From positions 540,001 to 572,000 of the forward strand of contig NC_006138.1 in the NCBI RefSeq assembly GCF_000025945.1: a stretch of 32,000 bases of DNA. The letters are read 5' to 3'. The notes under the pieces are model-generated. The model worked only from the letters and a program-made list of their open reading frames with translations, was not told where the DNA came from and did not search any database. Below, one piece after another: positions 24,385 through 32,000 of the stretch. The position numbers were made by a program, and so were the translations under genes. Positions within the stretch are counted from its first letter, which is position 1. Every line of letters starts with the position of its first letter. Origin of the DNA: Desulfotalea psychrophila LSv54 (lineage in GTDB: Bacteria; Desulfobacterota; Desulfobulbia; Desulfobulbales; Desulfocapsaceae).

Positions 24385-27300
24385 TTACACATTTCTTGCA
24401 TCTTCAAACAGAGCTGCTGGCATGTCATACTCAAGTTGCCAAACCATCTTCATGGGACGATTGTCCTGACATGAGAGGAGCTCTTTCGCTGGGCCAAGAT
24501 AGATGAAAGGGGCCGTCTCCCCATCAATGCATTTCTCCAATCTTGCAAAAAACAAAATCGTATAGCCCCGCTCTTGAAAGTGAATATAATTTTGTCCTGT
24601 ACCACTTTCTTGTCTTATCGTTGACTGACTTTCCCAATGAAGTTGAGCCGGGCTAATAGGGTAGTCCCGATACAAGGTTGTCGGCGAGAAATCTCGCTCA
24701 ACCTTCCGGAAAGTAAGCAGATGCACGTACGCTTTCAACTCTTTCGCATGAATAACACCCTGGCCAGCAGGCCCTGGCCTGTCAACCGTGGCAAGACCCA
24801 GGGCTGCTTTAATTTCCGCCGAGCCATAGCAGGCATGAAGCTGCAAATTGCAGGGAAAGGGGAGTGCTATTTTTCTCACCGGAAAAGCTGGTCCTTGCCG
24901 GCGCCATTCTGCAATTTCTGCAACATCTGCCAAAACAGAGCTATTTCGTCTCCATTTCAGAAAAGATTCTTGCACCCCTACAACCCCAATTTTCTCTGCC
25001 TTCTCTCCCCAAAACAGATAATGCATGGCTGTTGCCTGTTCCACCCCATACCTTTCCTCAGGATCTTCCAAGGACAAATCCAATGATGAAGAGCTAAGAT
25101 CCTCCAACAACTGAGGATCTGTCCTCAGGGCAATTCGAGGCAAGGCCTTCCGTGCTTTTTGCAGATCAGGATCAGCGGGTTGAGGTTGATTATTGGCAAG
25201 AGCCTTCCACTCTGACCATGTCTTTTTACGTAAAATCTGCACAGGCGAAAGCCCTGTCTCCTCTATGAAGGCAGCAAATGTCACAGGTGAGCCGTGATCT
25301 TGTTCCCATGTTCTCAGAACCTCGGGAACAAAATTGTTCAAACTGCCAAGAACACTTTTTATCTTGGCAATGATACGTTCACGGGCTATACGCTCCAAAA
25401 TAATACTACAGCCAGGGGGAAGACTGGGGAAATCATCCTCCACCTCCCGGTCTATTCTTTGCCGACGGCGAGAGAGCAGGGCCGCAAATTTATTATCAAG
25501 CCGGTATTTCCTATGTGTCTGCCCGACAAAATCAAGAACGGTTAGACAATCTTTATTTGGCGCATGGCGAAGTCCTCGACCAAGCTGCTGGAGAAAGACA
25601 GTGACACTTTCTGTAGGTCTCAGAAAAAGGACAAGATTAATCTCTGGAATATCAACACCCTCACTCAAGACATCAACTGTAAACAAAAAGTGGATTTTCC
25701 CTGCCCGAAACGCCCGCAAACTCTCTGCCCGCTCTTCACGCGGTGTTTCTCCCAATAAGGTCTTAGAGACAATGCCAGCCTTATTAAAATTATCTGCCAT
25801 ATACTGGGCATGTTTCACCCCGGCACAAAAGCCTATAGCCTTCACCTCGGCTAAGTTTGGTTGATAACGCTCCAGTGCCTGCAAAACAACATCAAGCCTT
25901 TGTCTTGCCCGAATATCATCCCCGGTCAAAACTTTTTCCAGCTCTTTAGAGTCATAGCGTCCATTGCGCCAAAAGGTATCACTGGCAAGGTCAATACTGT
26001 CCGAGACACCAAAATAGTGAAAGGGGCAGAGCAGCTTCTCTTCCAATGCCTCTGGAAGTCGAATCTCTGCCGCAAAACGATTATCAAAATCGGCCACGAT
26101 CTGACTGCCATCCATTCGCTCTGGAGTTGCCGTTAGGCCAAGCAAAATTTCTGGATCTATGCAGGTTTCATCAAACAGGCATCGATAACTTGCTGCCCTG
26201 CCATGATGAGCCTCATCAATAATAACAAAACGAAAATGCTCTCTGCTAAAATCCCGCCAAGGTCGTTTACTATTTAAACTCTGTATTGAGGCAAATACAT
26301 GATTCCACTCAGTGGGCACCCTATGATCAACTAACAACTCTCCAAAATTTTGGTCCCGTAGCACGGTTCTGAAACAACCCATTGCCTGTTCAAGAATCTC
26401 TTTGCGATGGGCTACAAACAAAAGGGGTTCCTGTTTTCCTCTGCCAGCTATATATCGCTGATAATCAAGGGCAGAAATAACCGTCTTCCCTGTACCTGTT
26501 GCGGCAACAATAAGATTTCTAAAAGAGTTATTTTGTCTTGCCGCAGTAAGGGATTCTAATATTCGAAGCTGAAAAGGACGGGGTGTAATCTCTGCAAAAA
26601 AGGGTGTACTATTTTCAACGCCCTGCTTAAAACGTTGAATAACCGATTGAAAGCGATCTTTATCAAAAACCTCAAACTCCGGGCTTTGCCAGTAGCTCGC
26701 AAAATCAGCAATAAATCTGGAGAGAATATGGGGCATATCATGTGCTGTGACTTTAACCGTCCACTCTAAACCATTGGTCATGGCAGAATGGGACATATTA
26801 GCTGAACCAATATATGCTGTAGAGCAACCACTCTCGCGCATAAAATGGTAGGCCTTAGCATGAAGCCTTGTGCCACCACTATCATAGGAGACCCTTACCT
26901 CTATATTGGGTTGCCTATCAAGCCACTCCAAGGCGGCAGGATCACTTACCCCCATATAGCTGGTGGAGAGTATACGGACAGGTACATTTCTCTCTGCCAA
27001 GGCCTCCAGAGCTGGTCGCAAAAGACGCAAACCCGACCATTTTATAAAGGAAATAAGAATATCAACCCGATCGGCAGTAAACATCTCTGCCCGAAGTTCA
27101 TGCTCCAGTGGAGGATCTATACCAAGACCCGTTAAGAGGGAACTGGTTGTCATGGGGGTCTTAGGGCGAACATAGGCCTGGGAATCCTTACTGACCTGAA
27201 GCAAAAGATTGCTCTCAGCACCCAGTAATTTATGCCTCTGCTGATACGCCAAACCATCCGTTGCCGAGAGCACATCAAGAATTCGATTAAAAATATCTAT

Positions 27301-27492
27301 TCGCTGCTCTTTTTTAGCTGAATGAAGCGTTTCCTGTATAAGCTTGCCTACAAACTGGCTATAGACGTGAGGTGCAAGCTCATCATCTATTTTTCGCAGG
27401 ATCACCTTCAACTCAGGATGATTTTGCAACAACTCCTGAAGCTCTGTATCAAGCACTCTCTCATATATACCAGCAGGTAGTTGTTCACTCAT
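24385..27492 (-). CDS. PLD-family nuclease / SF2 (DEAH) helicase fusion with a large C-terminal domain; SauUSI-like type IV (modification-dependent) restriction enzyme architecture
   Basis: The ORF track gives 24385..27546. The ATG at 27492 (MSEQLPAGIYERV) has a GGAGAG SD 6 nt upstream. It carries a single HKD motif, LHAKAYHF...STAYIGSANMSHSA (nt 26797..26862). Helicase motif I is VAATGTGKT and motif II is VIIDEAHHG. Motif VI-like is QQLGRGLRH. The ~300-aa C-terminal region (..LHWESQSTIRQESGTGQNYIHFQERGYTILFFARLEK...APFIYLGPAKELL...RPMKMVWQLEYDMPAALF) occupies the position of the DUF3427-type recognition domain. Confidence 0.8.
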   Translation of the reverse strand: MSEQLPAGIYERVLDTELQELLQNHPELKVILRKIDDELAPHVYSQFVGKLIQETLHSAKKEQRIDIFNRILDVLSATDGLAYQQRHKLLGAESNLLLQVSKDSQAYVRPKTPMTTSSLLTGLGIDPPLEHELRAEMFTADRVDILISFIKWSGLRLLRPALEALAERNVPVRILSTSYMGVSDPAALEWLDRQPNIEVRVSYDSGGTRLHAKAYHFMRESGCSTAYIGSANMSHSAMTNGLEWTVKVTAHDMPHILSRFIADFASYWQSPEFEVFDKDRFQSVIQRFKQGVENSTPFFAEITPRPFQLRILESLTAARQNNSFRNLIVAATGTGKTVISALDYQRYIAGRGKQEPLLFVAHRKEILEQAMGCFRTVLRDQNFGELLVDHRVPTEWNHVFASIQSLNSKRPWRDFSREHFRFVIIDEAHHGRAASYRCLFDETCIDPEILLGLTATPERMDGSQIVADFDNRFAAEIRLPEALEEKLLCPFHYFGVSDSIDLASDTFWRNGRYDSKELEKVLTGDDIRARQRLDVVLQALERYQPNLAEVKAIGFCAGVKHAQYMADNFNKAGIVSKTLLGETPREERAESLRAFRAGKIHFLFTVDVLSEGVDIPEINLVLFLRPTESVTVFLQQLGRGLRHAPNKDCLTVLDFVGQTHRKYRLDNKFAALLSRRRQRIDREVEDDFPSLPPGCSIILERIARERIIAKIKSVLGSLNNFVPEVLRTWEQDHGSPVTFAAFIEETGLSPVQILRKKTWSEWKALANNQPQPADPDLQKARKALPRIALRTDPQLLEDLSSSSLDLSLEDPEERYGVEQATAMHYLFWGEKAEKIGVVGVQESFLKWRRNSSVLADVAEIAEWRRQGPAFPVRKIALPFPCNLQLHACYGSAEIKAALGLATVDRPGPAGQGVIHAKELKAYVHLLTFRKVERDFSPTTLYRDYPISPAQLHWESQSTIRQESGTGQNYIHFQERGYTILFFARLEKCIDGETAPFIYLGPAKELLSCQDNRPMKMVWQLEYDMPAALFEDARNV

Positions 27493-28128
27493 AAAGGACT
27501 CTCCGATGTCAAAATATCTACTCCTGAAAAAGACACACCCTAACATGCGAAGAGCATTCCAGACAAGAGATTCAATCTACACGCCCTAAAAGACTCAAAC
27601 TCTTTTCCTCAAGGCCTCTGCTAATAACCCTATAAATCCGATATCACATCAAAAAATTTAAGAAAGTTTATAAAAAATCTGCACAGAAAATAGACATTAA
27701 CCGGGCAGAGCGTTTAAACAGAGAGAGAGAAGTGGTAATAACAAACAATATGATGAGAGGAGAGGCGATAAGATCGCTAAGGTTAATGATGGCCTCTTTA
27801 CCTACAGAGGAGCTTTTCCGCGCTACTTTGGCCAATAAACAGAAAAAGACGGTGTTGCCAGCGATATGCATTTGTGGTGGAAACGTGCCTGCAAGAATAT
27901 TGGGGTAGAAGGATGCCGGGACAGGTCATAGCTCTGCCATCGCCCTGCGTGAACACTTTTCTCCCGAGCGGACAAGCACCATGCACCAGACCAATAAGGC
28001 TTTTGACCGTTTCGGGTTGGTGCTAATGATGTACGAAGTATTTATCGTAAAACAGGTTGTAGAAATAGCGAGAAAGAGTGTTCAGTAAGACATTAATTTT
28101 AATAATATTATAGGTCACGCAGGAAGGT

Positions 28129-29064
28129 ATGGCTACAATTGGAGTGAACAAGAGTGGTGACATTATTCATTACGTTGAAGGCGGCGAGATACAGCATCAT
28201 AATGGTATTAATTATATTGATGTTGAAAATGAGTTGATTGAGCCTATGGTTTCTCATAAATATAAAATATTAAATTTTAAATACAAGTATGGGAAAATTT
28301 ATATGCCTTTTTACAGGACGATTCGTTCTAAGATTAAAGTTTTCTTTAAAAGGATAGATGTTAAGAGGATAAGTGAACAGATTATAGACATGCTACCTTA
28401 TTTTCTAGCATCATCTATATCTGCATTTTTAGCATCAATTATAACTATTTTCTCCTTAGCGCTTCAAGATAATATAGTTGTATCTCAAAACGATTTTATA
28501 ACAATTTTCATCCCATGCTTAGCGGCATTACTTACTTTGTTTGGTGTATATGCATCAATAAGGGAGGCGCGATTAGCAAGTGAGCAGCAACGGGAAAATT
28601 CTGTTAAGCCAATTTTAACCTTTTCTGGCTTTAAAAAAAATCAGCACCCATTGGCTACAGGTGTTATTGAATTAAATATTGAAGGCTTGGGTGAGAACAA
28701 CGATTCTCAGGCTAGAATGGAAGAATTATTTTTTATTGAGAATATTGGGTTGGGAAAAGCAAGAAATATTCAATTCGTGAATGTTGACAGAAGGGGAGTC
28801 TTTCACCATCACGGCCATAATATTAAGTTGTTTGAACCTGGGGCGAGAAGCGAAATGCTTCTAACAGTTCCAAATACTCTTGATCCTTTCTCATCTGAGA
28901 TGATTATATTATATTCAAGATGTGAAAATATTTACGGTGACACCGTGATTCACAAACATATTTTTGCGCTAAGCCTAAATGCCAATAATATTGATATCTT
29001 GAGAGATGAGTCAGTCATGAAAAAAAATAAAGAAAACAGAGATATTATAAGGCGTTTACAGTAA
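28129..29064 (+). CDS. Hypothetical membrane protein (two central TM helices), AT-rich orphan gene
   Basis: 311-aa ORF with an AGGAAGG SD just upstream of the ATG. Two predicted TM helices are MLPYFLASSISAFLASIITIFSLAL and FITIFIPCLAALLTLFGVYASI. A soluble N-terminal region of ~85 aa precedes them and a C-terminal region of ~150 aa follows. The gene is visibly much more AT-rich than all neighbouring genes. It is convergent with ssrA. Confidence 0.6.
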   Translation: MATIGVNKSGDIIHYVEGGEIQHHNGINYIDVENELIEPMVSHKYKILNFKYKYGKIYMPFYRTIRSKIKVFFKRIDVKRISEQIIDMLPYFLASSISAFLASIITIFSLALQDNIVVSQNDFITIFIPCLAALLTLFGVYASIREARLASEQQRENSVKPILTFSGFKKNQHPLATGVIELNIEGLGENNDSQARMEELFFIENIGLGKARNIQFVNVDRRGVFHHHGHNIKLFEPGARSEMLLTVPNTLDPFSSEMIILYSRCENIYGDTVIHKHIFALSLNANNIDILRDESVMKKNKENRDIIRRLQ

Positions 29065-29195
29065 GAAACATTTCTTAGTAAAGCAAAGGTACTTGCAAAA
29101 ACGCGATAAAGAAGAGAGATATTTGTGGGGATTTAAGAAAATGTAGGGCTGCTTGAAGTTTAAAGATATACTTGAATAGCTAAAATCATATTGGG

Positions 29196-29240
29196 AAAGA
29201 AAAAAGGCCGTAATCGAAGAAAACTCTTCAACTACGGCCT
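29196..29240 (-). terminator. Rho-independent terminator of ssrA
   Basis: Read on the - strand just after the tmRNA CCA end: AGGCCGTA-gtt-GAAGA-gttt-TCTTC-gat-TACGGCCT, followed by TTTTTCTTT. Confidence 0.75.
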
Positions 29241-29244
29241 AATC

Positions 29245-29610
29245 TGGTGGAGGCGGCGGGAGTCGAACCCGCGTCCGCAAATGCTCCCCTCTCGTATCTA
29301 CATGTTTAGTTCCCACTTAGTTTTCGCGATTTAGCTTCCGTCGGAACAGGGATACTATAACGCTATTCTGTATATTTTCGCGCCGGGGCGACCAGAACAC
29401 CACCCGATTGCTAGCTCATTTTGGTCGACGCCTCGGACCCAACCCTCATGAGCGGAGGACTGGAGAGACGGCAGTATGACAGTTATTAAGCTGCTACTGC
29501 GTAGTTATAATCGTCTGCGATTATATTAGTTTCCGCCTTTTTTACGAGCTGGCAGTTGCTCGACATGCAACGTAGAGCTTATACATCCCCGTCGAAGCCG
29601 TTTCGCCCCC
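29245..29610 (-). ncRNA. ssrA: tmRNA (SsrA), one-piece, ~366 nt; tag reading frame encodes (A)DDYNYAVAA followed by TAA TAA
   Basis: On the - strand the 5' end is GGGGGCGAAACGGCTTCGACGGGGATG. The 3' end is GGTTCGACTCCCGCCGCCTCCACCA (tRNA-Ala-like acceptor/T-arm). The internal sequence GCAGACGATTATAACTACGCAGTAGCAGCTTAATAA gives ADDYNYAVAA and then two stops. Confidence 0.95.
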
Positions 29611-29638
29611 ATATATCTTCAACAAGTTTTTTTATTAT

Positions 29639-30094
29639 CTAACCACGGCGCATTACACGAGCTAACTCGCGTTTGCCTTGCTGCTCTTTGAGAGTAGCCC
29701 GTTTATCGTACATTTTCTTACCCTTGGCAAGACCTAATTCGATTTTCGCCTTACCATTCTCTATAAAGTATATCTTCAAGGGGATGAGGGCAAGGCCTTT
29801 CTCTTTTAATTTTCCATTTAGTTTGTGCAGCTCTCTCTTGTGGAGAAGTAATTTACGCACCCGCAGAGGCTCTACCGGATTGTGGCTGGTAAACATATAA
29901 TGTGAAATATGAACATTATAGAGCATCGCTTCACCACGGGCATTAATGGCCACATGACCATCGACGAGGTTACCTCGTCCACCCCGCAGGGATTTGACCT
30001 CCGGGCCGGAGAGCACCATACCCGCCTCATAGGTGTCGAGAATCTCGTACTCATGGTAGGCCTTCTTGTTTTTACAAACTATCTTAATACCCAT
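29639..30094 (-). CDS. smpB: SsrA-binding protein SmpB
   Basis: 151 aa. It contains [30 protein letters not shown]...[11 protein letters not shown]...[31 protein letters not shown], the canonical SmpB sequence. It lies immediately upstream of ssrA on the same strand. Confidence 0.95.
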
Positions 30095-30127
30095 CTCTTT
30101 CTATCCTCAACCCAGCAACCCGTCTTT

Positions 30128-31651
30128 CTAGGCGCTGAAGGGTTTAAAATTATCATCGGAGGTGACCCGCAGGACTTCTTCGCAAGTGGTTATCCCTGCC
30201 TGTACCTTCTGCCAAGCATCCTCTCTTAAGGTAGTCATTCCCTCACGAATTGCAAGCTGTTCTACATCGCCACCCAGCTCACCAGTACCAATCAACCGTT
30301 TCAGGGGCGGTGATACAGGAAAAATCTCGAAGATGCCACATCTGCCTCTATAGCCGGTACCACGGCACTCCCGACAGCCCTTGCCCCTCTTCAAACGCAT
30401 CTCGCCATCGCCCTCGACAGGAAAGCCCATCCGCCGCAGCTCCTGACAACTCACCGAATACTCCTCGGCACAGGAGGTGCAAATAGTCTTGACCAGACGT
30501 TGGGCCATACAGCCAAGCAGGGTGGAGGCAATCATAAATGGTTGCAGGCCCAGATCCTCAAGACGGGCCACTGCACTGGCGGCATCGTTGGTATGAAGGG
30601 TGGAAAAGACCAGATGGCCGGTCATGGCCGCCTGGACCGCATGGGCCGCTGTTTCATGATCACGAATCTCCCCGATCATAATAATATCGGGATCCTGCCG
30701 GAGAATATTACGCAGAATGGTTGAGAAGGTGACGTCGATCAGTGGCTGAACGGCAATTTGATTAAACTCCTCATAGACCATCTCCACAGGATCTTCAACG
30801 GTGACAATATTCTTCTCTGAGCTGGAGATAGCCTTGAGGGTGGAGTAGAGGGTCGTCGATTTACCACTACCCGTCGGCCCGGTCACCAGGAAGATACCGT
30901 GGGGGGCAGCTATACAACTATTATAGACATGCAAATCACGGGGAGAGAGACCAAGGCCCGAAATATCCTGAAAGATGACCGAGGGATCAAGGATACGCAT
31001 CACCACCTTTTCGCCAAAGGAGACGGGCACCGTCGACACCCGCACCTCAACCTCCAGATTATTCTTAGCTCCCAGTTTAATACGGCCATCCTGTGGTCTT
31101 CGTTTTTCTGCAATATCGAGACGGGCTAAAAATTTTATCCGAGAGATCAGGGCAGAGTGAACGGCCTTGGGCAGGGTATAGATGATATGGAGGGCCCCAT
31201 CTATACGAAAACGGACCATGGTCGTTTCCCGTTTGGGCTCAACATGGATATCACTGGCCCGCTGATCCAGGGCATACTGAAAGATATGGTTCAGAGCAGA
31301 CTTTATATGCTGATCAGAAGAGGTCAGCTCCTTGGTGGAAGATATCTTCACATACCTCTCAAGATTGCCTATATCCACAGACATATCATCCCGGAAGGAG
31401 CCACATTGACTCTCTGCCGCCGAGATAGAGCGTTGAAAACCAAAAAATTCCGACAGTATTTTCCGTATATCTGCCTTAGTGGCCAGACAGGCGGAAACCT
31501 GAAGCTGATTTGCCTGCTCAATATCATGCAGGACATCCTTACTATCGGGATGATAAACGGCCACCTTAAGATGAGTCCCCTTTTGCTCTATGGGCACAAT
31601 AAGATGGCGGGAGGCAAAGCTATAGGGGATTGTCTTGGTGACAATATTCAT
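30128..31651 (-). CDS. GspE/PilB-family secretion ATPase (type II secretion / type IV pilus-like), lacking its N-terminal ~100 aa as annotated
   Basis: 507 aa. Walker A is VTGPTGSGKST. Asp-box and Walker B regions are present (DPDIIMIGEIRD). The His box is GHLVFSTLHTND. A C-terminal tetracysteine motif is CTSC...CRECRGTGY. The N-terminus starts inside a conserved GspE N-domain (see the 31648..31950 feature). Confidence 0.9.
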   Translation of the reverse strand: MNIVTKTIPYSFASRHLIVPIEQKGTHLKVAVYHPDSKDVLHDIEQANQLQVSACLATKADIRKILSEFFGFQRSISAAESQCGSFRDDMSVDIGNLERYVKISSTKELTSSDQHIKSALNHIFQYALDQRASDIHVEPKRETTMVRFRIDGALHIIYTLPKAVHSALISRIKFLARLDIAEKRRPQDGRIKLGAKNNLEVEVRVSTVPVSFGEKVVMRILDPSVIFQDISGLGLSPRDLHVYNSCIAAPHGIFLVTGPTGSGKSTTLYSTLKAISSSEKNIVTVEDPVEMVYEEFNQIAVQPLIDVTFSTILRNILRQDPDIIMIGEIRDHETAAHAVQAAMTGHLVFSTLHTNDAASAVARLEDLGLQPFMIASTLLGCMAQRLVKTICTSCAEEYSVSCQELRRMGFPVEGDGEMRLKRGKGCRECRGTGYRGRCGIFEIFPVSPPLKRLIGTGELGGDVEQLAIREGMTTLREDAWQKVQAGITTCEEVLRVTSDDNFKPFSA

Positions 31652-31950
31652 ATCAAGATCCAGAGGATCAAGCTTTTTAACTCCAGACGACGGGCATAAG
31701 CCACCGTCCGCATAATAAGCTCTTCATCCACCAACCTGCTCTTATCACCGCCACTCTGAAAATTAAATGCGGCGATCACATCAACGAGATCAACCCTATT
31801 CTTCTCTTCACGCTCTGCACGAGGCAGGGCCCTCAGTAATTTCTGCCGCTGTTTACCCTTTTCCAGACCAATAATATCCCGCTGTTTAGGGCTGATTATT
31901 TCCTGCTCCACGAGAAGGTCGAGCAGGGATTCGCTATTAATAAATTTCAT
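31648..31950 (-). CDS. N-terminal segment (GspE/MshE-type N-domain) of the same secretion ATPase, separated from it by a 1-nt frameshift
   Basis: The 100-aa ORF starts MKFINSESLLDLLVEQEIISPKQRDIIGLEKGKQRQKLL and continues ...DEELIMRTVAYARRLELK. Shifting frame at the homopolymer run (31674..31678) joins it to the next ORF as ...RRLELKKLDPLDLDMNIVTKTIPYSFASRHLIVPIE. That is the normal continuous sequence pattern of this ATPase family. Confidence 0.6.
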   Translation of the reverse strand: MKFINSESLLDLLVEQEIISPKQRDIIGLEKGKQRQKLLRALPRAEREEKNRVDLVDVIAAFNFQSGGDKSRLVDEELIMRTVAYARRLELKSLILWILI

Positions 31951-32000
31951 CTATGACCCTCTTTATTTATAAAAACAAACCATGAGCATTCAATCATTTT

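Noticed and set aside
27493-27546. Longer N-terminal extensions given by the ORF track for three genes (27546 for the nuclease-helicase, 24208 for the 270-aa protein, 2050 TTG for LysE)
   Set aside because: In each case an internal ATG with a much better Shine-Dalgarno sequence gives a more typical N-terminus. The extensions (MLGCVFFRSRYFDIGESF, MKSVLSAPPHKNKEEF, MKRKPV) look non-native. The start choice remains a prediction.
27906-27908. In-frame TAG as a pyrrolysine or read-through codon joining the two halves of the 27750..28088 frame
   Set aside because: There is no Pyl-associated gene context (no methyltransferase or pyl genes in the window) and no SD. The frame has no recognisable family, so decay or chance is more parsimonious.
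27906-28088. Possible tyrosine-integrase remnant (TGHSSAIALREHF resembles the LGHSSI..T..Y.H C-terminal motif), as expected next to a tmRNA island site
   Set aside because: The catalytic Arg/Tyr positions are not present (REHF instead of ..RY.H). The fragment continues about 35 codons beyond where integrases end. The resemblance rests on only 4-5 residues.
23115-29244. Direct repeat of the ssrA 3' end (att site) marking an island boundary
   Set aside because: I scanned the intergenic regions (23115-23347, 24209-24384, 27547-28128, 29065-29244) by eye. I found only trivial matches (e.g. tggtgga at ~27876). A computational repeat search is needed before claiming or excluding an att site.

Overview
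This 32-kb window looks like a Desulfobacterota-type (delta-proteobacterial) chromosome. That placement is an inference from the tmRNA tag ADDYNYAVAA and the gene content. About 20 kb (3.6-23.1 kb) is a complete Lap-type, c-di-GMP-controlled adhesin system. It has a type I secretion operon on the + strand: a TolC-like lapE, a C39-like ABC transporter lapB, a HlyD-type lapC, and a translationally coupled LuxR-type regulator. This operon converges on lapG (periplasmic Cys protease), lapD (degenerate GGDEF-EAL receptor) and a 3413-aa RTX adhesin on the - strand. The adhesin has a LapA-like N-terminal retention module with a TAAG LapG site. It then carries 4 x 107-aa and 14 x 110-aa tandem Ig-like repeats; about 1.5 kb of the second array is perfectly periodic at the DNA level. 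PA14, cadherin-like, vWA and RTX/T1SS-signal modules follow. Left of the system lie a truncated glutamate-synthase-like gene (absent from the ORF track because it runs off the edge), a LysE exporter and a SWIM zinc-finger protein. Between lapG and the 3' end of the tmRNA gene (23.1-29.2 kb) sits a small accessory-looking region. It holds an uncharacterised 270-aa protein, a 1035-aa PLD-nuclease/SF2-helicase protein with SauUSI-like (type IV restriction) architecture, a 580-bp non-coding gap with an interrupted ORF, and a strongly AT-rich orphan gene for a 2-TM protein. This region is my best candidate for an undescribed defence-type module, but I saw no integrase and no att duplication. The right end carries ssrA (tmRNA), smpB and a GspE/PilB-family secretion ATPase that appears split by a frameshift in a homopolymer run. 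I saw no rRNA, tRNA, CRISPR array or IS element.
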